From positions 434,001 through 498,000 of the forward strand of contig NIVC01000376.1 of NCBI GenBank assembly GCA_002269645.1: DNA of 64,000 nucleotides, in the 5' to 3' direction. The notes beneath the pieces are model-generated. The model had not been told where the DNA came from, searched no databases, and saw only the letters and a program-made list of their open reading frames with translations. Shown here in pieces: positions 24,915 through 47,283 of this stretch. The position numbers and the translations under genes are program-made. The stretch is from Macrostomum lignano (Eukaryota). Within the stretch, counting starts at the first letter, position 1. Each line of letters opens with the position of its first letter.

Positions 24915-25560
24915 CCCTACTCTCTAATTCCCTACTCTCTGATTCCCTGCTCTCTAATTCCCCACTCTCTAAATTCCCTGCTCTCTAATTCCCTACTCTC
25001 TGATTCCCTAATCTCTGATTCCCTACTCTTTGATTCCCTACTCTCTGATTCCCTGCTCTCTGATTCCCTACTCTCTGATTCCCTACTCTCTGATTCCCTG
25101 CTCTCTGATTCCCTACTCTCAGAATTAGATCTGATTCCCTACTCTCTGATTCCCTACTCTCTGATTCCCCACTCTCTGATTCCCCACTCTCTAATTGGCC
25201 CTGCTCTCTAATTCCCCACTCTCTAATTCCCTGCTCTCTAATTCCCCACTCTCTAATTCCCTGCTCTCTAATTCCCTGCTCTCTAATTCCCTACTCTCTA
25301 ATTCCCCACTCTCTAATTCCCTGCTCTCTAATTCCCCACTCTCTAATTCCCTACTCTCTGATTCCCCACTCTCTGATTCCCCACTCGCTGATTCCCTACT
25401 CTCTAATTCCCTACTCTCTAATTCCCCACTCTCTAATTCCCTGCTCTCTAATTCCCCACTCTCTAATTCCCCACTCTCTAATTCCCTGCTCTCTAATTCC
25501 CTACTCTCTAATTCCCCACTCTCTAATTCGATGCTCTCTAATTCCCTACTCCCTGATTCC
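24915..25560. repeat. 15-bp minisatellite (CTCTCTAATTCCCTA)
   Basis: Tandem repeats visible. Confidence 0.9.
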
Positions 25561-26306
25561 CTAATGACTAATTAACTACTGCCTAATTCTCTAATGCCTA
25601 ATTATCTACTTCCTAATTCCTTACTGCCTAATTCCTTAATTCTCCAATGACCAATTCTCTGAGTCACTCATATCTTTCTCTTTAATCTCTGTGTCCATAA
25701 AAAATATCTAAATTAACATTAATTTCTCTTTATCTAATGCCACCAAATTCTTCAACTGCTTTAACTGAAAATTTTAACTTCAAAAATAATCTGATAGAAC
25801 TAATCATTTGGCGGCCATTCATTTGGGGCTTGTGTGCTCAAAAAAAATTTTTGGGCCAACCCCTAAGTCACAGAGAGTGCACATGCCTCAAAAAAAGTCG
25901 CATAAAAATCAGCAATCTATTCAGCAACAAAAGAAGCAGCTCTTTCAGTTCTGGGGGCAAAGCCAGGAAATGAGCAAAGCCCCATTGGAGCGGGTCCCTA
26001 TGCTCGGCGACCAGCCGAGGCTGTAAATCTTGTGTCTTCTCTCTTCAATACATATTTTCTCAATCTTATGCCGTATATATAATCGTATGGATTAACAATC
26101 AGGCTTTATAGTTTCAAATAAAGAACAGCACTGGGCAACCTTATTCTATATAAGGAGGATCGGGCATCACGGCTGTCAAATCCTCGTGGTTCTCGTGGTC
26201 CCGCACTTCCTTCTCAGCTCAGCTCACTCTCTAGCTTACAGGAGTCCTCTCCCCTTACATCCGGTAGGCCCCAGGCTAGTGCCCTAGCGGCGCTTCAGCC
26301 ACCCTT

Positions 26307-26341
<35 letters not shown>

Positions 26342-26552
26342 ACACTTTTTTCTCTTTTCTTCTAGCTGGAAATTCTTCTTTCTAGTTTTCTTTCGCGCCG
26401 ATAGAAGAGTGTGTAGATGTGAGGGGATTTCCTCTCTTGTAAGCTCCGCAGCTGCGGCACCTTTGTGCTCCCGGATCCGCTCTGGTGGAGCCGCGCGCTG
26501 CGATGGGCAAGGAGATCTTGAAGCAGAATCTGGGTACCCGAACCAGCCCCAA

Positions 26553-27008
26553 ACTTCACAATCCCCAATCTTCACAACCCCACAATCTTCACAATCCCCA
26601 ATCTTCACAACCCACAATCTTCACAACCCACAATCTTCACAACCCACAATCTTCACAACCCACAATCTTCACAACCCACAATCTTCACAACCCACAATCT
26701 TCACAACCCACAATCTTCACAACCCACAATCTTCACAATCCACAATATACACAACCCACAAAGTTTAAAAAAACCAAACTTCACAACCCCTAAACTTCAC
26801 AACCCCTAAACTTCACAACCCTCAAACTTCACAACCCACAATCTTCACAACCCCAAAACTTCCCAACCAAAATTCACAACCCATAAAGTTAACAACACCA
26901 GTCTTCACAATCCACAATATTTACAATCCCAATATTCGCAACCTCCAATATACACAACCCCCAAACTTCACAACCCCAAACTTCACATGCCCCAAACTTC
27001 ACAACCCC
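26553..27008. repeat. 16-bp minisatellite (CTTCACAACCCACAAT)
   Basis: Tandem repeats, degenerate at the edges. Confidence 0.85.
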
Positions 27009-27554
27009 ACGCAGTTGTGCAGACACGCAGTTGGTGGGGCCTTAAAGGAAATCATTGCAACAAGAGCGCGCGCAAGGTCGCCGATCTTGTTTCCGAAAAT
27101 GGGAATTCAGTTGAAGGGAGCTGGCACTTAAAAATCTCCATGGCTTCTAAGCAGGATGGCGCCCGTTGTTAAGCGAGAAGTTTCATGGCCGCAATGAAGA
27201 CACTGGGAAGGCTGCGGTCTATCACTCACTCATCCGGGATCCTGGGGGGGGGATGCGATGCCGGCCATTGAATGGAGAGCTTGGTTGAGTGAAGGCGGCA
27301 TCAATGGGATCCCGCGGAACACACGGTTTCCTGAAGCTTGTGTGGCCTCTAGAAGTTCTCTGCTCTTAGCTTGTTTCTTTCTATGATACCCATGATGAAA
27401 TGGGGGGCTTACTTCTGGTTGTGTTAATCGGTTTGTAGTCACAATACACGATTCAAAGAGTCCCATGGATACTCATGGAATGCATCGAAAAAATAGTGCA
27501 AATTAATGTAGAATGTCATTCGTTTTTACATGGTCGTAGCCAGGTGCCCCATAC

Positions 27555-28026
27555 TGCTAAAGCCCCTTGGTGCTAAAGCCCCTTGGTGCTAAAGCCCCTT
27601 GGTGCTAAAGCCCCTTGGTGCTAAAGCCCCTTGGTGCTAAAGCCCCTTGGTGCTAAAGCCCCTTGGTGCTAAAGCCCCTTGGTGCTAAAGCCCCTTGGTG
27701 CTAAAGCCCCTTGGTGCTAAAGCCCCTTGGTGCTAAAGCCCCTTGGTGCTAAAGCCCCTTGGTGCTAAAGCCCCTTGGTGCTAAAGCCCCTTGGTGCTAA
27801 AGCCCCTTGGTGCTAAAGCCCCTTGGTGCTAAAGCCCCTTGGTGCTAAAGCCCCTTGGTGCTAAAGCCCCTTGGTGCTAAAGCCCCTTGGTGCTAAAGCC
27901 CCTTGGTGCTAAAGCCCCTTGGTGCTAAAGCCCCTTGGTGCTAAAGCCCCTTGGTGCTAAAGCCCCTTGGTGCTAAAGCCCCTTGGTGCTAAAGCCCCTT
28001 GGTGCTAAAGCCCCTTGGTGCTAAAG
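27555..28026. repeat. Perfect 16-bp tandem array (TGCTAAAGCCCCTTGG), about 29 copies
   Basis: No variant unit seen; period confirmed by identical lines 240 bp apart. Confidence 0.95.
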
Positions 28027-28302
28027 AACACATTTGATGAAGCCAAGTCTTTCAATGTTCTTTGAAAGCAGTAACCTGAGCTCGGAGCATGACGCCGGGA
28101 ATTATGCAACAAAGCTTCTCCTTTACTATTTGAGCTTGGCAGGTTCTTTGTGAGAAATTTGCTTTGAGTAAATGCTGGCCAAGCTCATCAAGAATATTGC
28201 AGTGCAGTGCAGTGTTCCTTTCTTTTTAAGGTTTTATAGCTGTCCATCATTCTTGGTTGTTTGTCTCCGTTAATTTTTTTCTGAATGCGAAAAAAAATAT
28301 TA

Positions 28303-29117
28303 TCTGTCTAACAGGACACTTTTCTGTCTAACAGTATACTTTCTTGTTTAACAGGACACTTTCCTGTCTAACCGGACCCTTTCCTGTCTAACAGGACACT
28401 TTCCTGTCTAACAGGACACTTTCCTGTCTAACAGGACCCTTTCCTGTCTAACAGGACACTTTCCTGTCTAACAGGACACTTTCCTGTCTAACAGTATACT
28501 TTCTTGTCTAACAGGACACTTTCCTGTCTAACAGGACACTTTCCTGTCTAACAGGACACTTTCCTGTCTAACAGTATACTTTCTTGTCTAACAGGACACT
28601 TTCCTGTCTAACAGGACACTTTCCTGTCTAACAGGACACTTTCCTGTCTAACAGGACACTTTCCTGTCTAACAGGACACTTTCCTGTCTAACAGGACACT
28701 TTCCTGTCTAACAGGACACTTTCCTGTCTAACAGGACACTTTCCTGTCTAACAGGACACTTTCCTATCTAACAGGACCCTTTCCTGTCTAACAGGACACT
28801 TTCCTGTCTAACAGGACCCTTTCCTATCTAACAGGACACTTTCCTGTCTAACAGGACACTTTCCTGTCTAACAGGACACTTTCCTGTCTAACAGGACACT
28901 TTCCTGTCTAACAGGACACTTTCCTGTCTAACAGGACACTTTCCTGTCTAACAGGACACTTTCCTATCTAACAGGACCCTTTCCTGTCTAACAGGACACT
29001 TTCCTGTCTAACAGGACCCTTTCCTATCTAACAGGACACTTTCCTGTCTAACAGGACACTTTCCTGTCTAACAGGACACTTTCCTGTCTAACAGGACACT
29101 TTCCTGTCTAACAGGAC
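28303..29117. repeat. 20-bp minisatellite with internal palindrome (TTCCTGTCTAACAGGACACT)
   Basis: About 40 tandem units; TCCTGT-CTA-ACAGGA stem-loop in each unit. Confidence 0.95.
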
Positions 29118-29703
29118 TATTCCATGTCACTGCCGTACAGGCGTTCTCCCTGACTCACAAATTATACAACCAACAATTCACTTGGCTTCTCGATATTTCA
29201 TTTCCTCTCGTTAATGCCTTCACTCATATTCCCAACAGCTCAGATCTGTGGCAGACAACTTCGCAATCAATAATGTCTGTGTATAATCAGCTCACGTTAA
29301 CTTCATTTGGACAATGCACACTGACTCAGGCTATGCAGATCCCGGCTTTCCGATTGAGGTGTCAAAACCTTCCTCACATGCAGGTTGATCCGAAATCTCT
29401 AAATCTCCATTTCTTGCCAGATTTTACCCCCAAGAATTAGCAAATCCGACAGGCTCTGCGGCCTATTGTGTGCCCCAGTGCGATCTGGAAGTGTGAACAC
29501 CTTGCGTGGACTGCCTGAGAATAAACAAAGGCGGCCATGATTCTAAAAGCCGCTTAGCACCTCGTCTGGCAACAGTCGCAAACTTATTTACTATGAAAGA
29601 GATTAATGATTGAAGCTTGTTGGCTCAACTGCGTGGCTTGAATTCAGTGTTAACCTGGTTTGCGAGTGAGTTCGGCGTGACTAAACCCAATGGCAGTGAC
29701 TCC

Positions 29704-29874
<171 letters not shown>

Positions 29875-30631
29875 CACAGACGCACAGACAGATCACCCAG
29901 TCAGACAGCTGCTGGCAGCTGACCCATAACTCAAATTAGCCTCGTTAGTCCCTCAGCAAAGCTAGCGAGTGTCGCTGCCCCTCAGCTTTTAGCTTCGCAA
30001 CGGCTGGCTGCATCAGTTTGAGCAGTTCTCTGCCGGGAGCCATGAGCAAAATGCTGCATAGGAGAAATATTCGTCATTCGCGAAAACGTGTCGAAATCCC
30101 ATAGCGATGCTTTTCTCCCTTTCCCGTCACTCCCCCATATCGACTCGAGCCGGACTCGCACACTTTCTCCCCAAACAAAAAATCCCGAAGCCTCTTTTAG
30201 AAGAAGAAAACGACTTTTATGTCTCAGTTGCCTCGCTCCCCCACCCTCCCCCCTCCCCCAGAGATACGTGAGGATGACAGCACGCGAGAAAATGCATGTG
30301 TCCATCTGTCCGCCTCGCCATTCGCTACACTTAGCTCTGATTGATCCATCTTATCTGTTGCTGTGGTGGGGGGTTAGCGGTCCTGCCAGTCGTTATGGCG
30401 GTGCATGCATACGAGATTCATATTTTTTTAGCCGGGGCTTCAGGGGGATTCGCTGCGTTGTGTGTTTTTTTCTTGTCCCCCAAAAAAAGAGAAATAACAG
30501 ATCGATTCTCACGACTCACGAATCATTTGCATGAATTAATCTGACTGACTTTTGGATTGAGGGAGTGGGGGCTTTCCAGGGGTAATGGGAGCTGCCGATT
30601 GTTGCTAGCTAGTGAGTGGCGACAGCTCAGT

Positions 30632-31520
30632 GCCTGTGAAGTGTGCCGGTCAATATTGCAGCTCATGGTGTCTGTCCTAGTGTCTGTCCTAGTGTCTGTC
30701 TTAGTGTCTGTCCTAGTGCCTGTCCTAGTACCTGTCCTAGTGCCTGTCCTAGTGCCTGTGAAGTGTGCCGGTCAATATTGCAGCTTATGGTGTCTGTCCT
30801 AGTGTCTGTCTTAGTGTCTGTCCTAGTGTCTGTCTTAGTGTCTGTCCTAGTGCCTGTCCTAGTGCCTGTCCTAGTGCCTGTCCTAGTGCCTGTGAAGTGT
30901 GCCGGTCAATATTGCAGCTCATGGTGTCTGTCCTAGTGTCTGTCTTAGTGTCTGTCCTAGTGTCTGTCCTAGTGTCTGTCTTAGTGTCTGTCCTAGTGCC
31001 TGTCCTAGTGCCTGTGAAGTGTGCCGGTCAATATTGCAGCTCATGGTGTCTGTCCTAGTGTCTGTCTTAGTGTCTGTCCTAGTGTCTGTCCTAGTGTCTG
31101 TCTTAGTGTCTGTCCTAGTGCCTGTCCTAGTACCTGTCCTAGTGCCTGTCCTAGTGCCTGTCCTAGTGTCTGTCCTAGTGTCTGTCTTAGCGTCTGTCTT
31201 AGTGCCTGTCCTAGTGTCTGTCCTAGTGTCTGTCCTAGTGTCTGTCCTAGTGCCTGTCCTAGTGTCTGTCCTAGTGTCTGTCTTAGCGTCTGTCTTAGTG
31301 TCTGTCTTAGCGTCTGTCTTAGTGTCTGTCTTAGCGTCTGTCTTAGTATCTGTCTTAGTGCCTGTCCTAGTGCCTGTCCTAGTGTCTGTCTTAGCGTCTG
31401 TCCTAGTGTCTGTCTTAGTGTCTGTCTTAGTGTCTGTCCTAGTTTCTGTCTTAGTGTCTGTCTTAGTGTCTGTCTTAGCGTCTGTCTTAGCGTCTGTCTT
31501 AGCGTCTGTCTTAGTGTCTG
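30632..31520. repeat. 12-bp minisatellite (TGTCCTAGTGTC) with a 122/134-bp higher-order unit
   Basis: Spacer TGAAGTGTGCCGGTCAATATTGCAGCT recurs four times at intervals of 122, 134 and 122 bp. Confidence 0.9.
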
Positions 31521-31522
31521 GC

Positions 31523-31554
<32 letters not shown>

Positions 31555-32390
31555 CGCCAATGCCCCCAAAAATCGCAAGTTAAACTCTCAAAGCCGCTCT
31601 GCTGGCACGACTTCCTTCATGGCTCCACTCAGGTCGCTCCTCATAAGCCATTGATTTGCATTTAGCCGCCCAAGTGGTCTCCCGTATCACCCAGCCTGGA
31701 ATAGCCACTTCTGGAGTAGGGAACTGCATGGACCTCGGGCTAGCAATTGCCTTCGCGCTCTCTCTCGCACTCTCGCTCTCAAAACGGGGAGAGCAGACAC
31801 CCCCCATTGAATCCATGCTAGAATTTGGTATCATACTGTATAGTCGCGGGTTATCATGAGGAAGCAGTCAGTCAGTCACTCTGAAACACTTCAATGCAAC
31901 TCTTTCATAGTTCGAAACGAAAAAAAACTGACTATGAGCTGTTGCAGACCTAACAGCCCAGGGACATGAGAAGTGTAGGGAATTGAATTTCAACCTGGGC
32001 CATTGTGCGGAGATGAACGATCCATTTTTTCTTGCTATTCAACTGAAACGGCGCACGCTAGTTATTTATTAACAGGTTATTGGAGCCCAGCTTTGTCTAT
32101 TGCTGCGCGCGTTGTGTGAGCAAAAATGTTCTGCCTCATTGATTTTTCACCGTATTGCTGGCTACAGGGGGTGGGTGGGGTTGTCTGGCCTGTGCCTGCC
32201 TGTCACTCAATCAGACACCTTGCTGCCTAGATGGCGCCACATCCCGGTTGCTGCACACGGTGGTTGATAACCACAACTGAGTCTCCAATCCACCGGTTCC
32301 AATTCACTGGACTGTTTAGGCCAGGGAGATCTGATTATAGAATGTGGACTGCTAACTCTAGTTTAATTAGCGACTATAGATAAATAAATA

Positions 32391-32570
32391 GGAAAGCTGT
32401 GGGCATCCTGGAGCAGTTCTCGGTTCATTCCGCTCGTACACGCGCTCACCCAGGATGCACAGCGGCCCTGACTTTCTAATCGTCAGGCAAGTACACCCTT
32501 GTACAACCTTGGAAGATTGGCCCTGATATGTGTGGATCGCAGGACATCCAGTCGGACATTAATGTGTGCC
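32391..32570 (-). mobile_element. Degraded relic of the same SINE family core (no tRNA head)
   Basis: ACACGCGCTCACCCAGGATGCACAGCGGCCCTGACTTT..CAGGCAAGTACAC aligns with SINE 22915-22972 ACACACTCACACAGGAGTGTACAGCGGCCCTAACTTT..TAGGCATGTACAC; weaker similarity continues to ATTAATGTG. Confidence 0.6.
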
Positions 32571-32819
32571 CACCGAAGTAACACACTGTTATTATTATCG
32601 TTATTTTATCATCAAAATGATAATGAGCATTTTCAGTGAAGAAGTGTTTTCTACTCTAGGGTTTGGTTTGAATTCTCCTTGACAGAGGCCGGGTGTGCTC
32701 CAATGATTTCTGAGTATAACTGGTATAACTGAGGCGGCAGCCCAACCATCTTCCCTCGTTTCTTTCCCAAATTATTTCTTATAGTTAATAATTAATAATT
32801 ATTTTATTTCCCAATAAAC

Positions 32820-33487
32820 AGAACAGAATAGAACAGAATAGAGTAGAACAGAATAGAACAGAATAGAATAGAATAGAATAGAATAGAACAGAATAGAACA
32901 GAATAGAACAGAATAGAATAGAATAGAATAGAACAGAATAGAAAAGAACAGAATAGAATAGAACAGAATAGAATAGAATAGAATAGAATAGAACAGAATA
33001 GAATAGAGTAGAACAGAATAGAACAGAATAGAATAGAATAGAATAGAATAGAATAGAACAGAATAGTATAGAATAGAATAGAATAGAATAGAACAGAATA
33101 GAATAGAGTAGAACAGAATAGAACAGAATAGAATAGAATAGAATAGAACAGAATATAATAGAATAGAATAGAATAGAACAGAATAGAACAGAATAGAATA
33201 GAATAGAATAATATAGAATAAAATAGAATAGAATAGAATAGAACAGAACAGAACAGAACAGAACAGAACAGAACAGAACAGAATAGAACAGAATAGAGTA
33301 GAACAGAATAGAGCAGAATAGAATAGAATAGAATAGAATAGAATAGAATAGAATAGAATAGAATAGAATAGAATAGAATAGAATAGAATAGAATAGAATA
33401 GAATAGAATAGAATAGAATAGAATAGAATAGAATAGAATAGAATAGAATAGAATAGAATAGAATAGAATAGAATAGAATAGAATAGA
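32820..33487. repeat. (GAATA)n pentanucleotide microsatellite
   Basis: Visible pentanucleotide repeat. Confidence 0.95.
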
Positions 33488-33889
33488 GCTTCCACTCTAC
33501 GGTAAACTCAAGCACCGGAACTCCTTGACAGCAGCTACCTATATTTTTGCGATTACTCACTCCCTTTATTTGCTTATCCCTCTCTTCCCCCGCGAAGGAA
33601 TCCCGAAAATGTTAACCGAAACAGATGTCGCAACTCGATGGAACAGCCACGCTTGAAAAACTGATTAAACACGAAACGACGGGGGGGGGGGGTAAGGGGA
33701 GGAATTCCCGGCCAACTCAAACCCTGAGAATGCTTGACTTCTTACACAGTTTTTCTATACGAGTTTTCCAGACTCCGGATCCCTGGTACTTGAATCATTC
33801 TTAGTTAGCTATTGTACCTTTTCTTAGCAAAGGTAAAAGCAAAGCTTTATCTTCTTCAGGAGATTTACTTTCAGTCTAGACGGGAAATG

Positions 33890-34432
33890 TTCTGCCCCCC
33901 TCTGCCCCTCTGCCCCCTCTGCCCCTCTGCCCCTCTGCCCCCTCTGCCCCTCTGCCCCCTCTGCCCCCTCTGCCCCTCTGCCCCCTCTGCCCCCTCTGCC
34001 CCCTCTGCCCCCTCTGCCCCCTCTGCCCCCTCTGCCCCCTCTGCCCCCTCTGCCCCTCTGCCCCCTCTGCCCCTCTGCCCCTCTGCCCCTCTGCCCCTCT
34101 GCCCCCTCTGCCCCCTCTGCCCCCTCTGTTCTCTCTGCCACTTCTCCTCCCTCTGCCCCTCTGCCCCCTCTGCCCCCTCTGCCCCCTCTGCCCCTCTTCC
34201 CTCTCTGCCCCTCTGCCCCCTCTGTTCTCTCTGCCACTTCTCCTCCTCTGCCCCCTCTGCCCCCTCTGCCCCCTCTGCCCCCTCTGCCCCCTCTTCCCTC
34301 TCTGCCCCTCTGCCCCTCTGCCCCTGCACCCCTGTCCCCTCCAGCCTCTCTGTCCCTCTGCCCCTCTGCCCCTCTGCCCCCTCTACCCCCTCTGCCCTCT
34401 GCCCCCTCTGCCCCTCTGCCCCCTCTGCCCCC
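33890..34432. repeat. (CTCTGCCC[C])n pyrimidine-rich repeat just upstream of the protocadherin
   Basis: Visible 8-9-bp units. Confidence 0.9.
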
Positions 34433-34556
34433 TCTCTCCTTCTCGCACATCTGTGCTCACCTGCAGCTTATAGACAAAGTCATCCCCAGCAGCCTTCTCG
34501 ACCCCAGCTAAGAGCAGCCCCGCCGCCATGACGAAACCCCGCAGAGATCCAGGAAG

Positions 34557-43305
<8,749 letters not shown>

Positions 43306-44569
43306 CGTCAGAACTGGCCGTGGCCACTTGTGCGTTGCAACGACCGAGTTATTATTGCCGGACAAAATATGACGCATGTATACATCCTTGTCAATTAGTC
43401 ATTGGTCAATCACTTTTTTGAGTATTTCCGCCGTCTAACTCGCTCTTTTTAAAGATGGAGTTAATATGCGTTTCAGTATTGTATATTATTAATTTTGCTT
43501 ATCTACCATGCAAGTACGATCGTACGTATATAACCGATTGGGTTTGAAGTTCCAAATGCTTTAATCAACCAATCGATCAATTCATAGACAATTACTGTAT
43601 GTACAATCCATCGTCAACTTGCCTGAGTCACTAGTATATGCATTTTTGCTTCCCTATTTGGTTTTTAAAGCGTCCTATTTGGTGCGTTGCATAGAGCCCA
43701 GCAGAACAGCTCAAATTCACCAAAGGAAAAGACTAACAACTGAACATCAAACATCAACATCAACATCAAACGATCAAAGCCACCAGTTGCGCATGCATTC
43801 CCTGTCCTTTCTTAATATGTAGCCATTGCCTTCCAGCTGTGGCCCCCAGAAGCAAATTGATTTCTGTTGTCTATGGATTTTTATGCAATTTGTCTGCGTG
43901 AAATCTCTGCCGACGTCAAATGAAGAGAAAAGGTCTGATCCAAAAGGACATTTGAGTCGCCAAAGGCGATTTCTAATTTCTATTATACGACTTTTTAATG
44001 GCGCCTACTCTTCAAATGTCTATATAGACCTTTTTGTTGCAACTTTTATGGCAAATATTATTAGTTCAATTCAATTAGTTTTGCTGTATAAAACACGAAA
44101 TATAAATGGCACTAAATACAGTACTACTATTCCTGGTTAGTGTAAGATTAGTAAACCTGAATTTTCGCACCTAGTTTAACGACGTTATTAAACAGAGTCA
44201 TCTTTTGAGCATCTGCACTACTTCCGAGTCGAAAGGCCAAAAGGTCGGCCTAATTCTCTGAACTATGCTTAAAAAGTTGGGTTGAATCCGAGAGTCAAGT
44301 CCTATGAGATTTTTTGATCATTATTGACCCGTCAGACTGTCAAAGTTATTTGTAAATAATTTAAGAGATCTCCATGGATATTAAATGGTTTAATTTCATG
44401 TGGATCACAATTGGACCAGCTGACTTCAGAACATCCGAACGGATTCACGAGTTAAAGTAATCCATAAAACTTGCACTTGTCAGTCCTCGTCTCTGTCTTG
44501 GAATGGGAATTTTTGTTAATATGAATCAGTTTTCGCGGGAATTTGAACTTTCACCTTTATAATTGTAAT

Positions 44570-45266
44570 CAAGGACGACTTAAGTAGAAGGACGGGAAAC
44601 CTCGTTTCTTAGAAAAGTTTTGAAGGCACTTTTTCCCGAAAAAATACACTACGGAGATAGGAAGTTTTCATTTTTCCAGCACAAAAATTGTTATTGCGTT
44701 TGATAGGAGGCAGATCCAGTGTTCATCTCTTGATATGTTGTGCCTTTTTTATTGCTCTATCGATATTTATAAAGCTTTTTGTTCAGGAAATTAGGATTCT
44801 ATGTTAATTTTTTATTCTTCGTATATTTTCGCGTGTCTTGTGCTTGAAATACATTAGAATGCCACGGCTCGGCTCTTTGGTTTTATGAGTCTATTTTGTC
44901 ATTCTTACCCGACTGTGTAACAAATATTTGTAACAGAGATGATAAAATAGGTTCATAAAACCAAATATTGGAGCTGTGTCATGCATTTTTGTGATTTTTA
45001 GATACAGGAAATTACGTAGAATCAAAAATTAACATAGAATCCTAGTTTTCTAAACGAAAAGCTTTATAAATATCGATAGAGAAATAAAAAAGGCACAACA
45101 TATCAAGAGATGAACACTGGATCTGCCTCCTATCAAACGCAATAACAATTTTTGTGCTGAAAAAATGAAAACTTCCTATCTCCGTAGTGTATTTTTTCGG
45201 GAAAAAGTGCCTTCAAAACTTTTCTAAGAAACGAGGTTTCCCGTTCTTCTACTTAAGTCGTCCTTG
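44570..45266. mobile_element. Foldback-type MITE (697 bp, almost entirely palindromic) with 8-bp TSD
   Basis: Ends CAAGGACGAC...GTCGTCCTTG; arms complementary over about 340 bp; TSD ATTGTAAT at 44562-44569 and 45267-45274. Confidence 0.85.
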
Positions 45267-45317
45267 ATTGTAATTTTATATTGCAGGATAACAGGAGAAG
45301 CTGTGGGCGCACATTCG

Positions 45318-45950
45318 CAAGGATGACTTAAATAGGACGGGAAACCTCGTTTCTTAGAAAATTTTAGAAGGCAGGTTTTCCCGAAAAAATACACTACGGA
45401 GATAGGAAGTTTTCATTTTTTTCAGCACAAAAATTGTTATTGCTTTTGATAGTAGGAGGCAGATCCAGTGTTCATCTTTTGATATGCTGTGCCTTTCTTA
45501 TTACTCTATCGATATTCATAAAGCTTTTCGTTCAGAAAATTAGGATTCTATGTTAATTTTTTATTCTACGTACATTTGCGCATGTCTTGTGCCTAAAAAC
45601 CATTAATAGCACAGCTCGGCTCTTTGGTTTTATGAGTCTATTTTATCATTCTTAGCTGACTGTGTAACAAAGTATGCATAGCACAAATGATAAAATGGAT
45701 TCATAAAACCAATGATTTGGAGCTGTGCAACGCATTTTTATTATTTTTAGGTACGGGAAATGTACGTAGAATAAAAAAATAACATAGAATTCTAATTATT
45801 TGAACGAAAAGCTTTATGAATATCGATAGAGCAATAAGAAAGAAGGCACAATATATCAAAGGATGAACACTGGATCTGCCTCCTATCAAAAGCAATAACA
45901 ATTTTTGTGCTGAAAGAATGAAAACTTCCTATCACCGTAGTGTAATTTTT
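45318..45950. mobile_element. Second, diverged and right-truncated copy of the same foldback element
   Basis: Starts CAAGGATGACTTAA..GGACGGGAAACCTCG; internal palindromy present; right TIR end missing. Confidence 0.75.
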
Positions 45951-47283
45951 CACATGTATAGGTCCGATCGAGGCCCGTACCCTTACACTCTCTGTGCCCT
46001 GGGGTTAAGACCTCATGGATGCAAAATCGCACGACAACTCCCGACCAAACTGTGTGTGCACCAGCCCCCAGCAATTAAATTACTGTAGTGCATATCTGCG
46101 CATGGAATCGAATGTATTAGCTAGCTACATGTACGTAAGGGGGATTTTGAGGACTGGCTGGTGAATTAACCAATGCCTATTCAAGTTACAAACTCTTCCC
46201 ACTTAATCTTCTGAAACCGCGCCAGCCGCCAAGGGGCGCTTGCACCTAGGGAATTCGCACCGCTGCGCGAAAATTAAAGTAGTTAACCCTGAACTGAGCA
46301 TCAAGTTTGGGCATCAAGTTTGAACATGATGTTTAATAAAGTGCAATAGAATTAAAAAAACTGTACTTTGTTTAAATGTTTTGAATACACCCGAGATTTT
46401 AAGAACATTATATTCTTCGAAATGAGTGAAAATTCTAAATGAATTAATTATATGAATGTGTGTTAGTAGCTATATTGGACATTGAGATTAAGCAATGAAT
46501 GCTTTCAAATTCATGTCAAATTCACGTAACGATCGTTTTTATGTTTGTTTTTTCACTATTTGTATTTCGGATGAAAATGGATGGTTTAATGATGAAAATT
46601 AAGACTATGTAAAAAAGTTGCTATTTAAGCAATTAATTGACGGTTTCACACCCTATGCATGGCTAATGGATATCCTCATTTAAGTTCAGGGTGTGAGTCT
46701 AACAATTAAAATTTAAAAATTAAAAAAACTTCTTAATTTACTGTATGTGCACAGTGCACCCATTTCTGTGTTTGCATATCTGCCATGCAAGTACCAAACC
46801 ACTTAAAAAATTGTTTGCCACTAACTAATGTTTCATAAATGGTAATAATTCAATACAAAATTTTGGCAAGAGTTTTGAAAATTAATAAGTAGTCCTAATT
46901 TTGTAAGTTAGCAAGTTTTCTTCTAACCTATTTATTAATATTTAGAATAAATAATAAAATATGCATATATAGTTACAATTATTTCAACTTTCTCTATGGG
47001 GCTCTATTGAGACAATGTTAAAGCAATAAAGGGACTAGGTTGTTTCTCTCAGAAAAAAACAAAATGATATACTTAGCCTATAGGCATTACTAATGAGAAT
47101 TTTAACAGATTTTGAATAGCATTTTTACCTCTTTTTTCTATAGTTACCAGTCAATTATCATTGATTTCTTTTCTTTGTTTATATATTCTGTTTATCATCA
47201 TATATATACATGCTTAATATTCATCAAATTCTAATTAATTTCCTTATTTCAGATACCAGTATTAAATAAAAAACAATTGAAAA

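Noticed and set aside
28303-29117. Palindromic 20-bp repeats resembling a CRISPR array
   Set aside because: Units are head-to-tail with no unique spacers, there are no cas genes, and the context is eukaryotic
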